Below, piece by piece: positions 1 through 11,910 of a stretch of DNA of 64,000 bases. This DNA is from Balanoglossus misakiensis (lineage: Eukaryota > Animalia > Hemichordata). Location: NCBI GenBank assembly GCA_040954595.2, contig CM082591.2, positions 9,441,309-9,505,308 of the forward strand. The letters run 5' to 3'. Within the stretch, counting starts at the first letter, position 1. Every line of letters starts with the position of its first letter. A program made the position numbers and the translations under genes. The notes below the pieces were generated by a model that was not told the DNA's origin, ran no database searches, and saw only the letters and a program-made list of their open reading frames with translations.

Positions 1-235
1 TATCCAGGACACGTTTATATAGCTTGCCATCGGCTTTAGGGTAAACGGGGACAGCGCTGTCTCGAGTTTCGTTGTACAATGCCATGGTTTCCCTGTACGT
101 TACCTGCCAGTTGTAGGTGCACACTTCGTAGTTGTCTTTCAAACGACAATCTCCATTTGGAGTCAAAATCTCCGATTTCGCCGGCAAAGATACAACAATT
201 ACTAAAAGTAAAGACAGCGACAAGTTGCGAAGCAT
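1..235 (-). CDS. First coding exon (runs off the left edge) of a secreted protein, probably a laccase-like multicopper oxidase
   Basis: ATG at 235 opens a frame to the window edge: MLRNLSLSLLLVIVVSLPAKSEILTPNGDCRLKDNYEVCTYNWQVTYRETMALYNETRDSAVPVYPKADGKLYKRVLD. It has a hydrophobic signal peptide, then a C-x8-C-x-Y-x-W-x-V-x4-TM...VYP..DGKLY pattern resembling invertebrate laccase N-termini. No copper motifs are visible in the window. Confidence 0.55.
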   Translation of the reverse strand, partial: MLRNLSLSLLLVIVVSLPAKSEILTPNGDCRLKDNYEVCTYNWQVTYRETMALYNETRDSAVPVYPKADGKLYKRVLD

Positions 236-904
236 GTTGAAACGCTCTGCACCAGATCCGGCGAACAATAGTACCACGTTCACAAGAAGATGAATTGAAC
301 CCAGAGTGCACGTGAGGGGTGTGTGAATGAAAATGAGACAGACTTCAGGGTCACAGACTCTATATGACCTTTCTCACAATCATCCATGAAAGAAGTCAAT
401 AAATCATGACTCCGTGGCTTATTTCGGTTAATCATTAAACCAATATGCACTTCCCAAAGTTAATTGCCCAAAGGAGATATTTTCTGAAAGTGTACATTAA
501 GATGTTGTTTGGGTAAAATGTGTGCAGGATTGTCAGACCTCGGTTTCATTATACTGTGTATCTAACTGACGTCACACAAATAATAACTTGTTTTCATGGG
601 AGGGGGGGGGGGTTATCGTGTATTTTATCAACAAAATAGTTATTATTGCGTTTACTTTTGTAACAAAAAAATTATATTATCTCTCATGGGATTATGGAAA
701 GCATCTGGCTTGTATCAATGTGTGGTTTTCCTATGGCCTCAGTTCAAACATATTTGTACAAGGTATATTTGTACAAGGCTGGCGTAAGTACATTGTAGGC
801 CTATAACCGATTCGAGACAGTTGAGGTAATATTCTGGCGATTTTTTAGCAATTTTTTTTTCGAGACGTGAGGGGGTTGAAAATGAAATTACTCCGAAATC
901 TGCG

Positions 905-967
905 TGTTATGTTGTGTTGTGTTGCGTTGCGTTGTGCTGTGTTGTGGTGTGTTGTGTTGTGTTGTGT
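905..967. repeat. (GTTGT)n microsatellite
   Basis: Imperfect tandem GTTGT/GTTGC units. Confidence 0.9.
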
Positions 968-1314
968 GAAAGAAAATAGCTAAACATGAACCGGTTTTAT
1001 ATTTGTGTACTGACTGTGTTTGAGTGAAGACCGGGAAGTACGTTTGCGTTGTTCTGGCTTTCATTTTGCATTTTACGCTTCATTTATATTTATTCAAACA
1101 AATTAACATTTACCTTTTTGAACGGCATTGTTATTTACTCCATACTTGTATTTGTAAACAATACACACTATATTTGTGTTGTGTGACGTAATTATGCGCA
1201 GACAAACATATGATTACGGAGAACAAGCACACCACAAACTTCGTGGAATCACATGTCACGTGATTTCTCTTCTGGTACACACGGGTACAGATAGGCATTC
1301 ACAACACACCAGCT

Positions 1315-1460
1315 ATGGCAGCGAAAGAGTCTAAGATGTTCGGCGGAGATCGATGATAATATCTGTCCTGTGCTATCTGCTCAGAGCGATACAAGAATGC
1401 TAAACTGCTATCGTGTCTACACAGCTTCTGCGAGTCGTGTCTGGGTATATTAGCAAATCT
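1315..1460 (+). pseudogene. TRIM-family RING-HC N-terminal remnant
   Basis: Reads MAAKESKMFGGDR**YLSCAICSERYKNAKLLSCLHSFCESCLGIL, a C-x2-C...C-x-H-x2-C-x2-C TRIM RING with two in-frame stops. The last C-x2-C pair and the B-box are missing. Confidence 0.8.
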
Positions 1461-1571
1461 CTCTCGTGTTCGTCGGTCTTCAGTGATTTTCCTTGAATGG
1501 AAAAATATCAAACGCGTTGAATATTTGTCCGTTGGGGAATATATTTTGGTCGCTTCCGCCCTTACTGCATG

Positions 1572-2108
1572 TATTACCGCTGGAATCTTTTTGTTATTCA
1601 TGCATCGGGGAATCTGTAGCGATGAGGTAACGGACTCTGACGAGAACAGTGATCCATGGAGACACGTATCTGATTCACGTTCATGTATTGTCCGAAATTA
1701 CTTCAGTACATCAAATATGCCCAGTAAAGTATGTGAGGAAGGCAACGAACACGGTAGCCTGATGTACTCCCATCTCCCGTTAGATTTATTCTCTTACAAC
1801 GTTGGAAACAAAGTTCTCTTATAATTACTTTTCTCAAGGCGTGGTTAATCATGTAAAATATCAAAAATACAATGTGTTATAATTTCATTGGGCATCAATT
1901 CAAATATATACGTACCATATTACATAAGGCATTATATAACAAAGTCACTTCGGTGATGATTGACAACCAGAGCAGTCAGTTAAACACCAGCTCTCCCTAT
2001 CTACTTCAAATACATAAAATCAAATACTATCAAACATTGACATTCCCGAGCTCTGGATTAATTAATTGACCCTTAAAATCATATTTGACCTTTAAACAGA
2101 TCGTAACA
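1572..2108 (-). mobile_element. Solo LTR of the family at 34717-37722
   Basis: Collinear but diverged copy of the 529-bp LTRs (TATTAC...CGTAACA on +). Flanked by a 4-bp TSD CATG at 1568-1571 and 2109-2112. Confidence 0.9.
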
Positions 2109-4269
2109 CATGGTTCAGTTTATGGCAGTCGCTGTGCCTGTCGATAAGAGTGGAACTTTCATACTGCGTACGCCGCGCCGCCAGGCAAAGCGACTGTATG
2201 TTTCTGGAGCAAGACTAGGTCAAAGGTTAAATAATCAGCAAAACTGTATGATTAGCGTCGCGTCCACAGGACGTTCTAACACGGACGCGCATTTCTGTAC
2301 AGAGTCTTGGAGCAAGACTAGGTTAAGTCTAGACTTGCTCCAAGTCTATGGGCTGTGTAGGGAACGTGTCGGCCCATAGACTTGTACACCTTGCTGCTTT
2401 CCGGTTGCTATGAATTATTCATGTAGACGTCATTTATGAATATTCATTTGCTAATTTAAATAGTGGGCGGAGTTTCAATGCATTAAGGCCGCCGCACACG
2501 AGAGAAATCAGCTGAGCAAAAAGTCATTCGAGGAATTTTGCTCAGCAATTTTCCTTCCGTGTGCGGGCGATATTTCCTGATCTTTTTACTTTTGCGCCGC
2601 GGATCACGATATTCAACAGGTTTGATATTTTTTTCCTCGCGAGGAAAGTTACTCACCGTGTGCGCCGAACCATAGACCCTAGAGAAAAACGGGACAGGAA
2701 AGGGCGGCAAACATCAAAGGAAAAGGGGATTAGCCGGTTTTGAACCTAAATGGAATAATTACAAAAGGTGTCAATCGGTCGTGGATGGGCGATCGTCAGT
2801 GTCCAACACCCCTGACTACTTTGCAGACGACAAGTAATCTTAGTGATCTTCGGAATACAATTGTTGTTTGATGCCGGTCGAATCCCGCCGATTTTTGCTG
2901 CAATTTTAAACATTATATAACTTAATTTCTTCCAATAATGGTCTCGAATAAACTTTTAATGTCTTCATTTGAAGACAGACAATTATTGAAAACACTCATG
3001 GCCAAGAGATTATTTTTTGGTCGTGATATCTGACTCTGAATTTTAACCCGAATCGCATATCGCATGCGCAATTAGGCTAGATACGTGAGTAAAATTACTT
3101 TGTTCGGCCATAGACCCTAGAGAAAATCAGGACAGGAAACAACGCCTCTTTCTTTGTAGTCACCTGGGTGGAATACATTAACTAGTGTTTGCACAGGTGT
3201 TGGCCTCCGCCCGCTTATCTAATCCCATTTACGGCCTGAATAACGCGAAATCCCGCGAAACACGAGACGAGATCATGCGAAACACCCCAAATCACGCATT
3301 TCTCGAGATTTCATGAGACGTGAACAGCCTGGATTGTTTACACCACTAGCACTGACAGAAATGCCACAGCGATGACGACGAGTTTGTGGACGTTTTCTCC
3401 GAGGAAGACACAAATGGGTGTTCAGATAGCGATGTAAGCGAAGACGAAACCCGTTCAGAAGACACAAAACCATTTGAATTGGTGATAGATTGTGTGCTAT
3501 CAGACAATGCTGCATTACAATATTGGTCTGATTTGTCAAAGGGTCTTAGTGAAGCCCTATCCCAACATCACACCCTTATTGTTCCTGATATAATGGCGTT
3601 TTGTGCTGCGTGTAAACGGAGGATTTACTCAACAAAAGGCTTGACAATACCTAACTGGACACATCAAGTGTTATTAAAAAAATATCCGCATTTGCGGCTT
3701 TCCAAAAAAATCTCCTCAAGGGTGGATGATCAAAAATAGACCCACGAGAAAAAAAAAAGAAAACACAACTTCCGGAAAGCCGGAGTGTCGCTGGTCGCAT
3801 GATCGCATAACAACAAGTTGACTTCTTTTTTTCTTTCAACTGAATGTGAAATATCTGCGTAAAACCCCACCAATACACCCACAATTACATGGTAACAACA
3901 ATAAAATAAGAGGTTAAGACATTCAAGGAATATCTTCCTTAAAAAAAGGACCCAATCGGCAGCATGAAATTTTACGCTACATGCAACCGGAAGTATTTGT
4001 CTGCGAGCACGATGCACAAAAAGCATGGGCAAAATCGTCATTTATCACAGAAATTTGCCACCCATCGACAATCAGAGATTAGTACTATGCACGGTCGGTT
4101 TGTTACGACTTCCTGTGCGACGAAGGAACGTAATAAATGCCAAATCTTGGAAAAACTGGGAGACAAAAATCCAAAACAAGTGAAGTTCTGGAAACAAAAC
4201 AATCGAGACAGGTTCGGAACTACGCAATGTTCTTTTTGACGGCAAACGTAAAATTGACGACGATACAAG

Positions 4270-7047
4270 ATGGCCGCCTCCACTGAAACTAACTACATGT
4301 ACATCAACGAAGCCGTCGTCGAAGACAAGTTGGTGGAACTATCGGTAGAGTTTCCGGTCCTCTACGATGTAAGATCGCCCGACTTCAAAAACCGGGACAA
4401 AAAAGAGCATGCGCTCCAAGAAATTGAAGCGCAACTTGGAAAAACAGGTAAGAGTTAAAAAGTACGATGTTGCCGACGAAATAAAAGTGGAGACGCCGTC
4501 AAAACATGCAAAAGGCCCACCAGCAAAACAAATGTGGCCAGGGCCACGGTACAGACTATCGGAAGAAGTTGTATCAAGCACAACTTTACGTGACAATACG
4601 TTTCAATAATGTGCAACAAAATAACAACTCTCTACAGACATTGTTACAATAAATGGCGTACACAAAGCACCAATGAATGAATGCCGTTAACGGTCTAGTC
4701 CAGACGTCCTGCACGTGTCGAGCCTGTAATTTATTCACGTAATATGCCTGTTTCTTAATAAATTACAGACTCGACACCTGCCGGTTTCAGGATATACTAG
4801 TAAATTGCACATTGATTCAAACCATTGTCCGCTCACGTCACGTTTGATTTTGCAGGCGATCCAAGCTTCGTTTGCATGTCGATCATACATAATAGGACCA
4901 AAAATGTTTGTGTTCACATTTGAAAATGCAAGGCAAATTGTCTGTTGCCATATACACTGGGGTAGTTATTAGGGGGGGGGGTGTACTTGAAAAATATGAC
5001 AGCAATGTCTTGTTGAACAGGCATTCAGTACTTTGATACTTAGTAAAATTGTGAATTGTATTGTTCACTATGATTGGTTATATACTGTAGTTATTGTGTT
5101 TGACTTGATGATAAAATGGTGTTATTTTTCAGCTGAATGGGTTAAAATAAAATTGAGATACCTTCGAAACAATTATGTAAAGGCTAAGAAACCCCCGAGT
5201 AGTGGAAGCGCCCGGAACACCACGAAGAGAAGGAGCTGGCTGCTTGACAAGCTCCAGTTCCTGGACCCATTTATTGCGTCCAGGCCATCAATTTCAAATT
5301 TGGATACAGTAAGTATTTTATTCAATTCAAATAGCACATACACAAAAAAAAATTAAACAACTGCAGAATTTTTTCTTCTTATTGTTTATTTTTTAGAATG
5401 CACTATACATAACTCAATGCATTTTACATAAGTTAAAATCAATAAATATACAAGCAAAAGCAGAAAGATAAATATTTAGTTTAAACAGACATTCCAAATT
5501 ACCAATATATAAACATTTAACAATCTGTTCCTATAATACCAATAAAATACATTTTAAATTAGCCATGTATAAAAACATCACCTTCCCCAATTCCAAATAG
5601 TGCATAAGAAAAAGGTCATAACATTGCACCAATATTGCACCAATCTCAACTAGTATAAGTTGTTTCATTTGGCAGTGAAAATTTCAAAACGTGACCATGT
5701 GGTTTTGCCATGGGACTGAGCCTACTCCAGAAAAGTAGGTAGTCAGAAGATTACGCTGGGTTTTTGCATCTTTACTTGGATTTCTGTCAAGTGCTGGTGC
5801 CAATCCAGTAAGTGCTGGATCATTGCGCCAGGCACCAGCAGTGAATGTGTGGTTTTCAATATCTTCACTGTCAGAAACACTAGTGTAGCCATGTTTGTTT
5901 TTATCCACCATAAAATTGTGCAAACAACAGGCTGACAAAACCAAAGCTGTAACTCTATCGGGGTTGAGATTGATTGATGTGTGAAAAACACGAAACCTAT
6001 TTGCGAGAATCCCGAAAGCATTTTCAACAATCCGCCGAGCACGGGAGAGGCGATAGTTGAAAATCCTTTCCCCTCTCTCCAGATGCCTATGAGGGTAGGG
6101 TTTCATCAAATGTGTTGACATTGGGAAGGCATCGTCCCCAATGATATGGTAGTTTATCTTGTTCCCGGCTACATTATCTGGTGGAGGTACGTTTAGGCAT
6201 TTGGCATCCAACGCGTTTTTCAGATCAGAGTGCTTGAACACGCCTGCATCACCTTCACGACCAGCTGCCCCAACATCTACACATATGAACTTATAATTTG
6301 CATCAACTAACGCTAAAAACAATATACTAAAAAAATGCTTATAATTAAAAAATTCTGACCCGCTGTTGTGTGGCTGCACTATGGCAATGTGTTTGCCATC
6401 TATTGCCCCAATACAACATGGGTAGTTCCACTTCTGTTTGAATTCATCAGAAATGATTATCCAGTCTTCCATGCATGTTGGAGTCTGAAACAAAATGGAA
6501 TATAAGGATAAGAAGTTATTAAATGTGATTTTTTTTATCATTTCAGCCATCCCCATCCTTAGTGGATGATGAAGTTAATACTAGCAGGCATAATGAAGAT
6601 GAAGAACGCACATTAAATGTTGAAGATTCCAATGATGTAGAACCAAAACAACCAGTAAAATCAAAAAATAAATCTTCAAAACGCCATCAAGCTGAAATGG
6701 AGTATGAACTTATAAAGGGGGTTGCTGCATCGATTGCAGATAGAAATAAAAGACAAAAAAAAGATGATCAGGAAAACAGTGCCATACAGTCCTTCGGCAC
6801 CTATGTGTCCCAGGCACTAAAAGACCTTGAGCCCAGGGTGAGGCATTTGGCCCAGCATCGTATTAACAACATTTTGTTTGAGGCTCAGTCTGGAACCTTA
6901 ATGCCTGCCAATTATAGTCCCTACAACTACCAGCAGCCTGCCCATCCCTTTACACAACAAAACTGGAATGTACCACATCAGCAATGTTCTGGTCCCAATA
7001 ATGTTGATGTACCCTTTGATGAATCACCAATCTATACTCAAATGTAA
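4270..7047 (+). CDS. Harbinger DNA-binding protein, MADF domain plus C-terminal BESS-like motif (284 aa)
   Basis: Exons 4270-4447, 5133-5308, 6547-7047, all GT-AG with matching phases (855 nt). MADF-like LVELSVEFPVLYDVRSPDFKNRDKKEHALQEI...LRNNY...WLLDKLQFL; BESS-like SFGTYVSQALKDLEPRVRHLAQHRINNILFEAQ. Confidence 0.88.
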
Positions 7048-8338
7048 AAAGTCCCATTTAGCTGAAATTTTCATTATTTTATTTAGAAAGTGTTCTTGTT
7101 ATAAACAAATGAGACCAAAGCGTCCTTGACACTATTTATTGCATTAGTTTTGGTTAATTTAAAAGTTTACTTACAAGTATACATTTAAAGGGGAACAAAT
7201 TAGAATATAAATCATTAATGGGAGCTGTATGCACATGGGTAATTATAAATTCCACAACTCTGTTTTTAATGTGCTATTTTATTGCACGAAATGTAGCATT
7301 TTTACAATTTATCTTGTATTATTTATTTTATTTGTCTGGGCATTTTTGCAATATTGTGTTGTTTTACATGTTATCTATTTCTGGTTATGTGTTAGTTGTT
7401 AATTTTTTCTATGCAGTAACACATTTATAGATTTATTTGTTAAAATGATAAACAAGATTATTTATTTGTTAAAATGATAAACAAGATTATTTATTTTTTA
7501 AAATGATAAACAAGATTATTTATTTGTTAAAATGATAAACAAGATTATTTATTTGTTAAAATGATAAACAGAATATGTCACAGATATGGCAAAGAACTCA
7601 TTTAAATGTCATTGTTATACAATTGATTTCTGTAATAAAATTAGCAATCAAATAATACCTTCAAATACTGTTCCTTCATTGCAGTGTATAAGGCCCTGCA
7701 TGTTTCCTCGACAATGGCTGATACAGTCCTCTCCCCTATTCTGAATTGAAAGGAAAGACTTCTGAACGTTTCTCCTAAAAAAGAAGAACAAAATTATCAT
7801 TAACTCCCAGACTAGTTAAATATATTTTAGCAATGCTGAAAATTGTTTGAAAATAGTAAAAAAAAACATGATGTCCAACATGTGCTACACAAGGTTTATG
7901 AACCTACATGTTCGGATACATTTGACCTTAACTTGAACTAGTCTGAAAACATCAACATATATTTTGTTTAATCACTTGCCAGCATTTATTTTACCTACCT
8001 GTAGCAAGGAATCGTAATGTAACAGCAAGTTTTTCACTAGGATCAACTGCTGATCGCATATTTGTGTCCTGTTTGGAAATGAGCGGGCAAACCATTGCCA
8101 GGACATCTTGGAAGGATTGCCTGTCTAGTCGATGGAACTGGCGGAAGCTTTCAGGGTCTTCAGTCCTCAACTCTTGGATCAGGTTTGCATATGCTCCTTG
8201 AGCCTGTCGTCGCAAAATCCATTGTCGAGCCCAGGTTGTTCGAGCTGCCGCTCTCAACCGGCGTCGACGTCTACGAAGCAGCAAAATAAATAATAACGCT
8301 TCTTCATCCTCTGATCCACTGGAATCTGTCAATTCCAT
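5684..8338 (-). CDS. Harbinger (HARBI1-type, DDE_Tnp_4) transposase (418 aa)
   Basis: Exons 8338-7999, 7774-7659, 6484-5684, GT-AG and in frame (1257 nt). Motifs LAVTLRFLATG, GAIDGKHI, FFNYKHFFS, IIGDDAF, FNYRLSRARRIVENAFGILANRF. Confidence 0.95.
7431..7570. repeat. 29-bp AT-rich tandem repeat (about 5 copies) in transposase intron 2
   Basis: Unit ATTTATTTGTTAAAATGATAAACAAGATT. Confidence 0.9.
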
Positions 8339-11300
8339 TACTGAACTGAAAAAGGAAAGTGCATAAAGGTTTTATTTTAACAGCCAATTTTGATTCTCTG
8401 CTTACATATACCTCAGTATAGCCGTATGAAGTGTTTCATCCAGAAAGGGAAACGTCTATCGATATTAACACTCTGTTTACCATGTTGGTGCGTGAAATGA
8501 CGTCAGCGAGCTTGAACGCAGCGTTCACAACAAATCATCAGCTGATCATGTAAACAGCCCACAGTCGACTTGTCAATATAGGTAAACTGTAGCGAAAGTG
8601 TAACGATTTTGTAAACCAATAAACTTTGCTATTTTGCTTTCGGTGTAGATAAAAGGTCAAAAGGGCCATCCATTGTACTATGCAGGCAATGCAACGCACG
8701 CCGCGACATGGGAGGTCCTAGTGTAGATCACAAACTCGTTTGCAGTTCACGGTCCCTGACTCGTACGTGGTCAGTCAGGCAGATTATTTTTATTTTTCAC
8801 TTGCTCAGACGAAAAATTATACTTGCCACGGGCGTCGGGCGATAGGAAATATCGAGACATGGAAATGTTTTCATTAGAAAAAAAAGTAGTAGTCCGTGAA
8901 GAAAGCGCATTGTACTATGCATATATTTACTTACCACAACAAGTGCTGTCATCAATGCTCGCTTTCAGTGGAGGCGGCCATCCTGTATCGTCGTCAAGTG
9001 ATGCCGGCGCATGCGCAATTAGGCTAGATACGTGAGTAAAATTACTTTGTTCGGCACACGGTGAGTAATTTTCCTCGCGAGGAAAAAAATATCAAACCTG
9101 TTGAATATCGTGATCCGCGGCGCAAAAGTAAAAAGATCAGGAAAAATCGCCCGCACACGGAAGGAAAATTGCTGAGCAAAATTCCTCGAATGACTTTTTG
9201 CTCAGCTGATTTCTCTCGTGTGCGGCGGCCTTTACCTCGAGTACCCGAAAATCATATTTGGGTATCTCATAGCGAAAACGCAAACGGGTACATTCCTTTT
9301 TACTCATTTTATGTGAAATTCGGTCATCAATTTTTATGGTCGACCGATGGCTGAAACCATAGTTGCAGGGCAGCGACACAGTGTACGATGTATACGCTCA
9401 AATTACAGAGTGCGCGTGCCACACAAACAGACGTTGACATCACACTCACAGGTCGCGCCGTACTTGACTTAGACCGTAGACTTAGAGTGTAGCTAGTTTT
9501 CAGGTACCAAAGTCGCTCATTAAATGTCGGAGGACTATAGGTGACGATCGATGTTATTTATTTGGTCAACTTTGAAGTGTTTGGTTGTTGTTTTCACGGC
9601 GAATTACGTTCTCAGCTGGGTGATCGTGCACGGTCACTCGTGACCGTGGATCGTGTCATACCGTGTCTCATTGTACCTGAACAGCTACACGAACGTGGGT
9701 TCTACGCGTTCACGCTATATCACATCTCTTTATTCTCATTGGCGCACGGGATCGACGCCCCTGTCAATCATTCTCGACTATGTCAACAAACGGCCGGAGC
9801 GTTTGTAGATTTTGCAAGGTGTACTAGTCGCTTGGTCGACGCTACCCGAAACCACAAGCTCAGTCCCAAATTCGAAACTCGCCTCACTACCAAAAACACG
9901 CTCAAGGCAAGCATGCACGCAAAAAGTATTGCAATTATTTATTAAGACAAAAAAACACCGAAAACACATGAAGCATTGAGATTTAAAAATCACCAAGCGA
10001 CTAGTAGGCTAGTCTTGGTTAAGTCCTGCTGTGCGGGCGCTCCGGCGTTCTGCCTACGATAGGTCCACAGGCAGTGCGCTAAAGCGCCCGCATACAACTA
10101 AATCTTTCAATCTACAGTTACCCATATATACGCGTTTTGTACGCTACCTTACTGCATATGAACATGATATGCAGTAAGGCAGCGAATAAAATGCTTATAC
10201 ATGTGAAGGTGTTAACTAGAGCGCCACCACTAAAGTTCATGCAGTAACGTCACAATTCACACCATGATGATACACGCAACCATTTACATCGACTGTCTCC
10301 ATCAAAATTCAACTTGCCTTCAGGCATGAACAGGTAGCGCCGTTGCTGTTTTGTTCACAACTGAATTTCAATCCGTGATTGCTTTGATATGTCATAGTGG
10401 TGCATTTAGTTAAGGCTCTCTGAAATTCTGAACATGGACAGTTTCCAAGTTGCCAGTTTGGTGGGGGGGGGGTGTGTCTGGGTTGATATTATGAAAATAG
10501 CTAATATAGGGAACAAACATTTCAAATAAATCCCCAAAGTCAGAACTACTGTACTGTTAAAGTAAAATCTGATAAATCCAGCTCGTTGACAATAAATGTT
10601 CTATGTTGGTTCACCAATTCCTATGAGAACTAAAATGTAAAGAGTCGATTCTGAGTCCATATTTCTAATCTACTGGCCTTTTTATTCCATGGAAAATGTG
10701 GGTGTATATTCGTGGGGCTTTTAATGTTACAGTTAAACTCACCCTACCAGGAAAAGGTCAGTAACTCCAAGGTGTTCCAGGAAATATGTAATTGGTTGAC
10801 GACGTATGGTTTGTAACCACACAAGTTACATCGAATAACCTGTCTGAAATCAGCAAATATGCACCGTCGTAAACCACGACCTCTTTACGGCAACACTTTC
10901 TGCGTAGCGGAGGTATTAAACGACTCTGTAACTGAATCCCAATATATTGACAGACTATCCACCAACACATTTGTCATTTTTCGAAACTGAACTATGAACG
11001 CTTAGGTGCAATTTTGTAAGCCTCGTGGTCAACTATACCAGGAATAGCAATGCCCGTTGTACTGACGTCATGTTTGACTGACGTCACAAGCAACTGTTTC
11101 TATCGTGTCCATCGATGATTGGATAGAAATCTGTGTCGTCAAAAACCAACATTTTAACGGACCACGTATTCATTTCATCCATGATTGATGAACGACACAT
11201 TTACCAAATCAACACAACGGAGACTATAGTGCTTTGCAATAGCTATCGTTATACTGCCGCATATTTGGTTAACTTTCAGCTGAAGATTTACACAGTGTAT

Positions 11301-11665
11301 TTCTTAGGATTCGGTAAAAAATATTCCGAGGTACTACAGAGATAATTTACACGATTACTAGTCGGAGTATTCGTTTGAATTTAAAAAAAAATGAATAATT
11401 TTGTACTAATTTCGGAATGTATCTCATTTTTGTCGTGTTATCAGTCCAATACTATTATGTATTGTATTATAATTATTGGTTAATATTAACGATAAAGAGG
11501 GAAATATTTTAGTGTATCTAAAAACAATGTGCTTCGACTAGAACAGTATTATGATGTTATTAAATTAACACTGACTTTATTTGGACTAAGCAGAAAAAAT
11601 GGTACAAAAACGACGTGCGTGTTAGAGATACCATAAGATTGTAAGTCGATATTTCAAGTATTTAA

Positions 11666-11910
11666 AGGGACAAAGTCGCCCTCTCGATGCCCGTTTTCCA
11701 TTAACTATGTTTGATACAAGAGACCGCCAAAATGAACAAACGGAAGAGACCGATTATTCATTTTGGCGAGTTTTTCACTCGTGTCTCCACGTGGGATGGA
11801 AGATGTGTGTTGTCAAACCTTGATTCACTATATATCCACACGTTGAATAACATAAAAGGTGCCGTGTATCAAACGTAATAAATAGAAAAACTGCAGTGAA
11901 AGAGAGACTT
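11666..11910. mobile_element. Degenerate TTAA-type (Kolobok-like) MITE, same family as 25049-25401
   Basis: Starts TTAA|AGGGACAAAGTC and the body is collinear with 25049-25401. The right end is decayed. Confidence 0.65.

Larger units (their letters stand above)
2486..9231. mobile_element. PIF/Harbinger DNA transposon, apparently autonomous
   Basis: Near-perfect 178-bp TIRs (2486-2663 and 9054-9231, AGGCCGCCGCACACG...) and TTA TSD (2483-2485, 9232-9234). Encodes a DDE transposase and a MADF (Myb/SANT-like) protein. Confidence 0.95.

Noticed and set aside
36-311. 91-aa ORF from the track
   Set aside because: Wrong frame; the signal-peptide frame starting at ATG 235 is the credible one.
2483-2743. 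ORFs duplicated at 2483-2743 and 9061-9379
   Set aside because: They are translations of the Harbinger TIRs.
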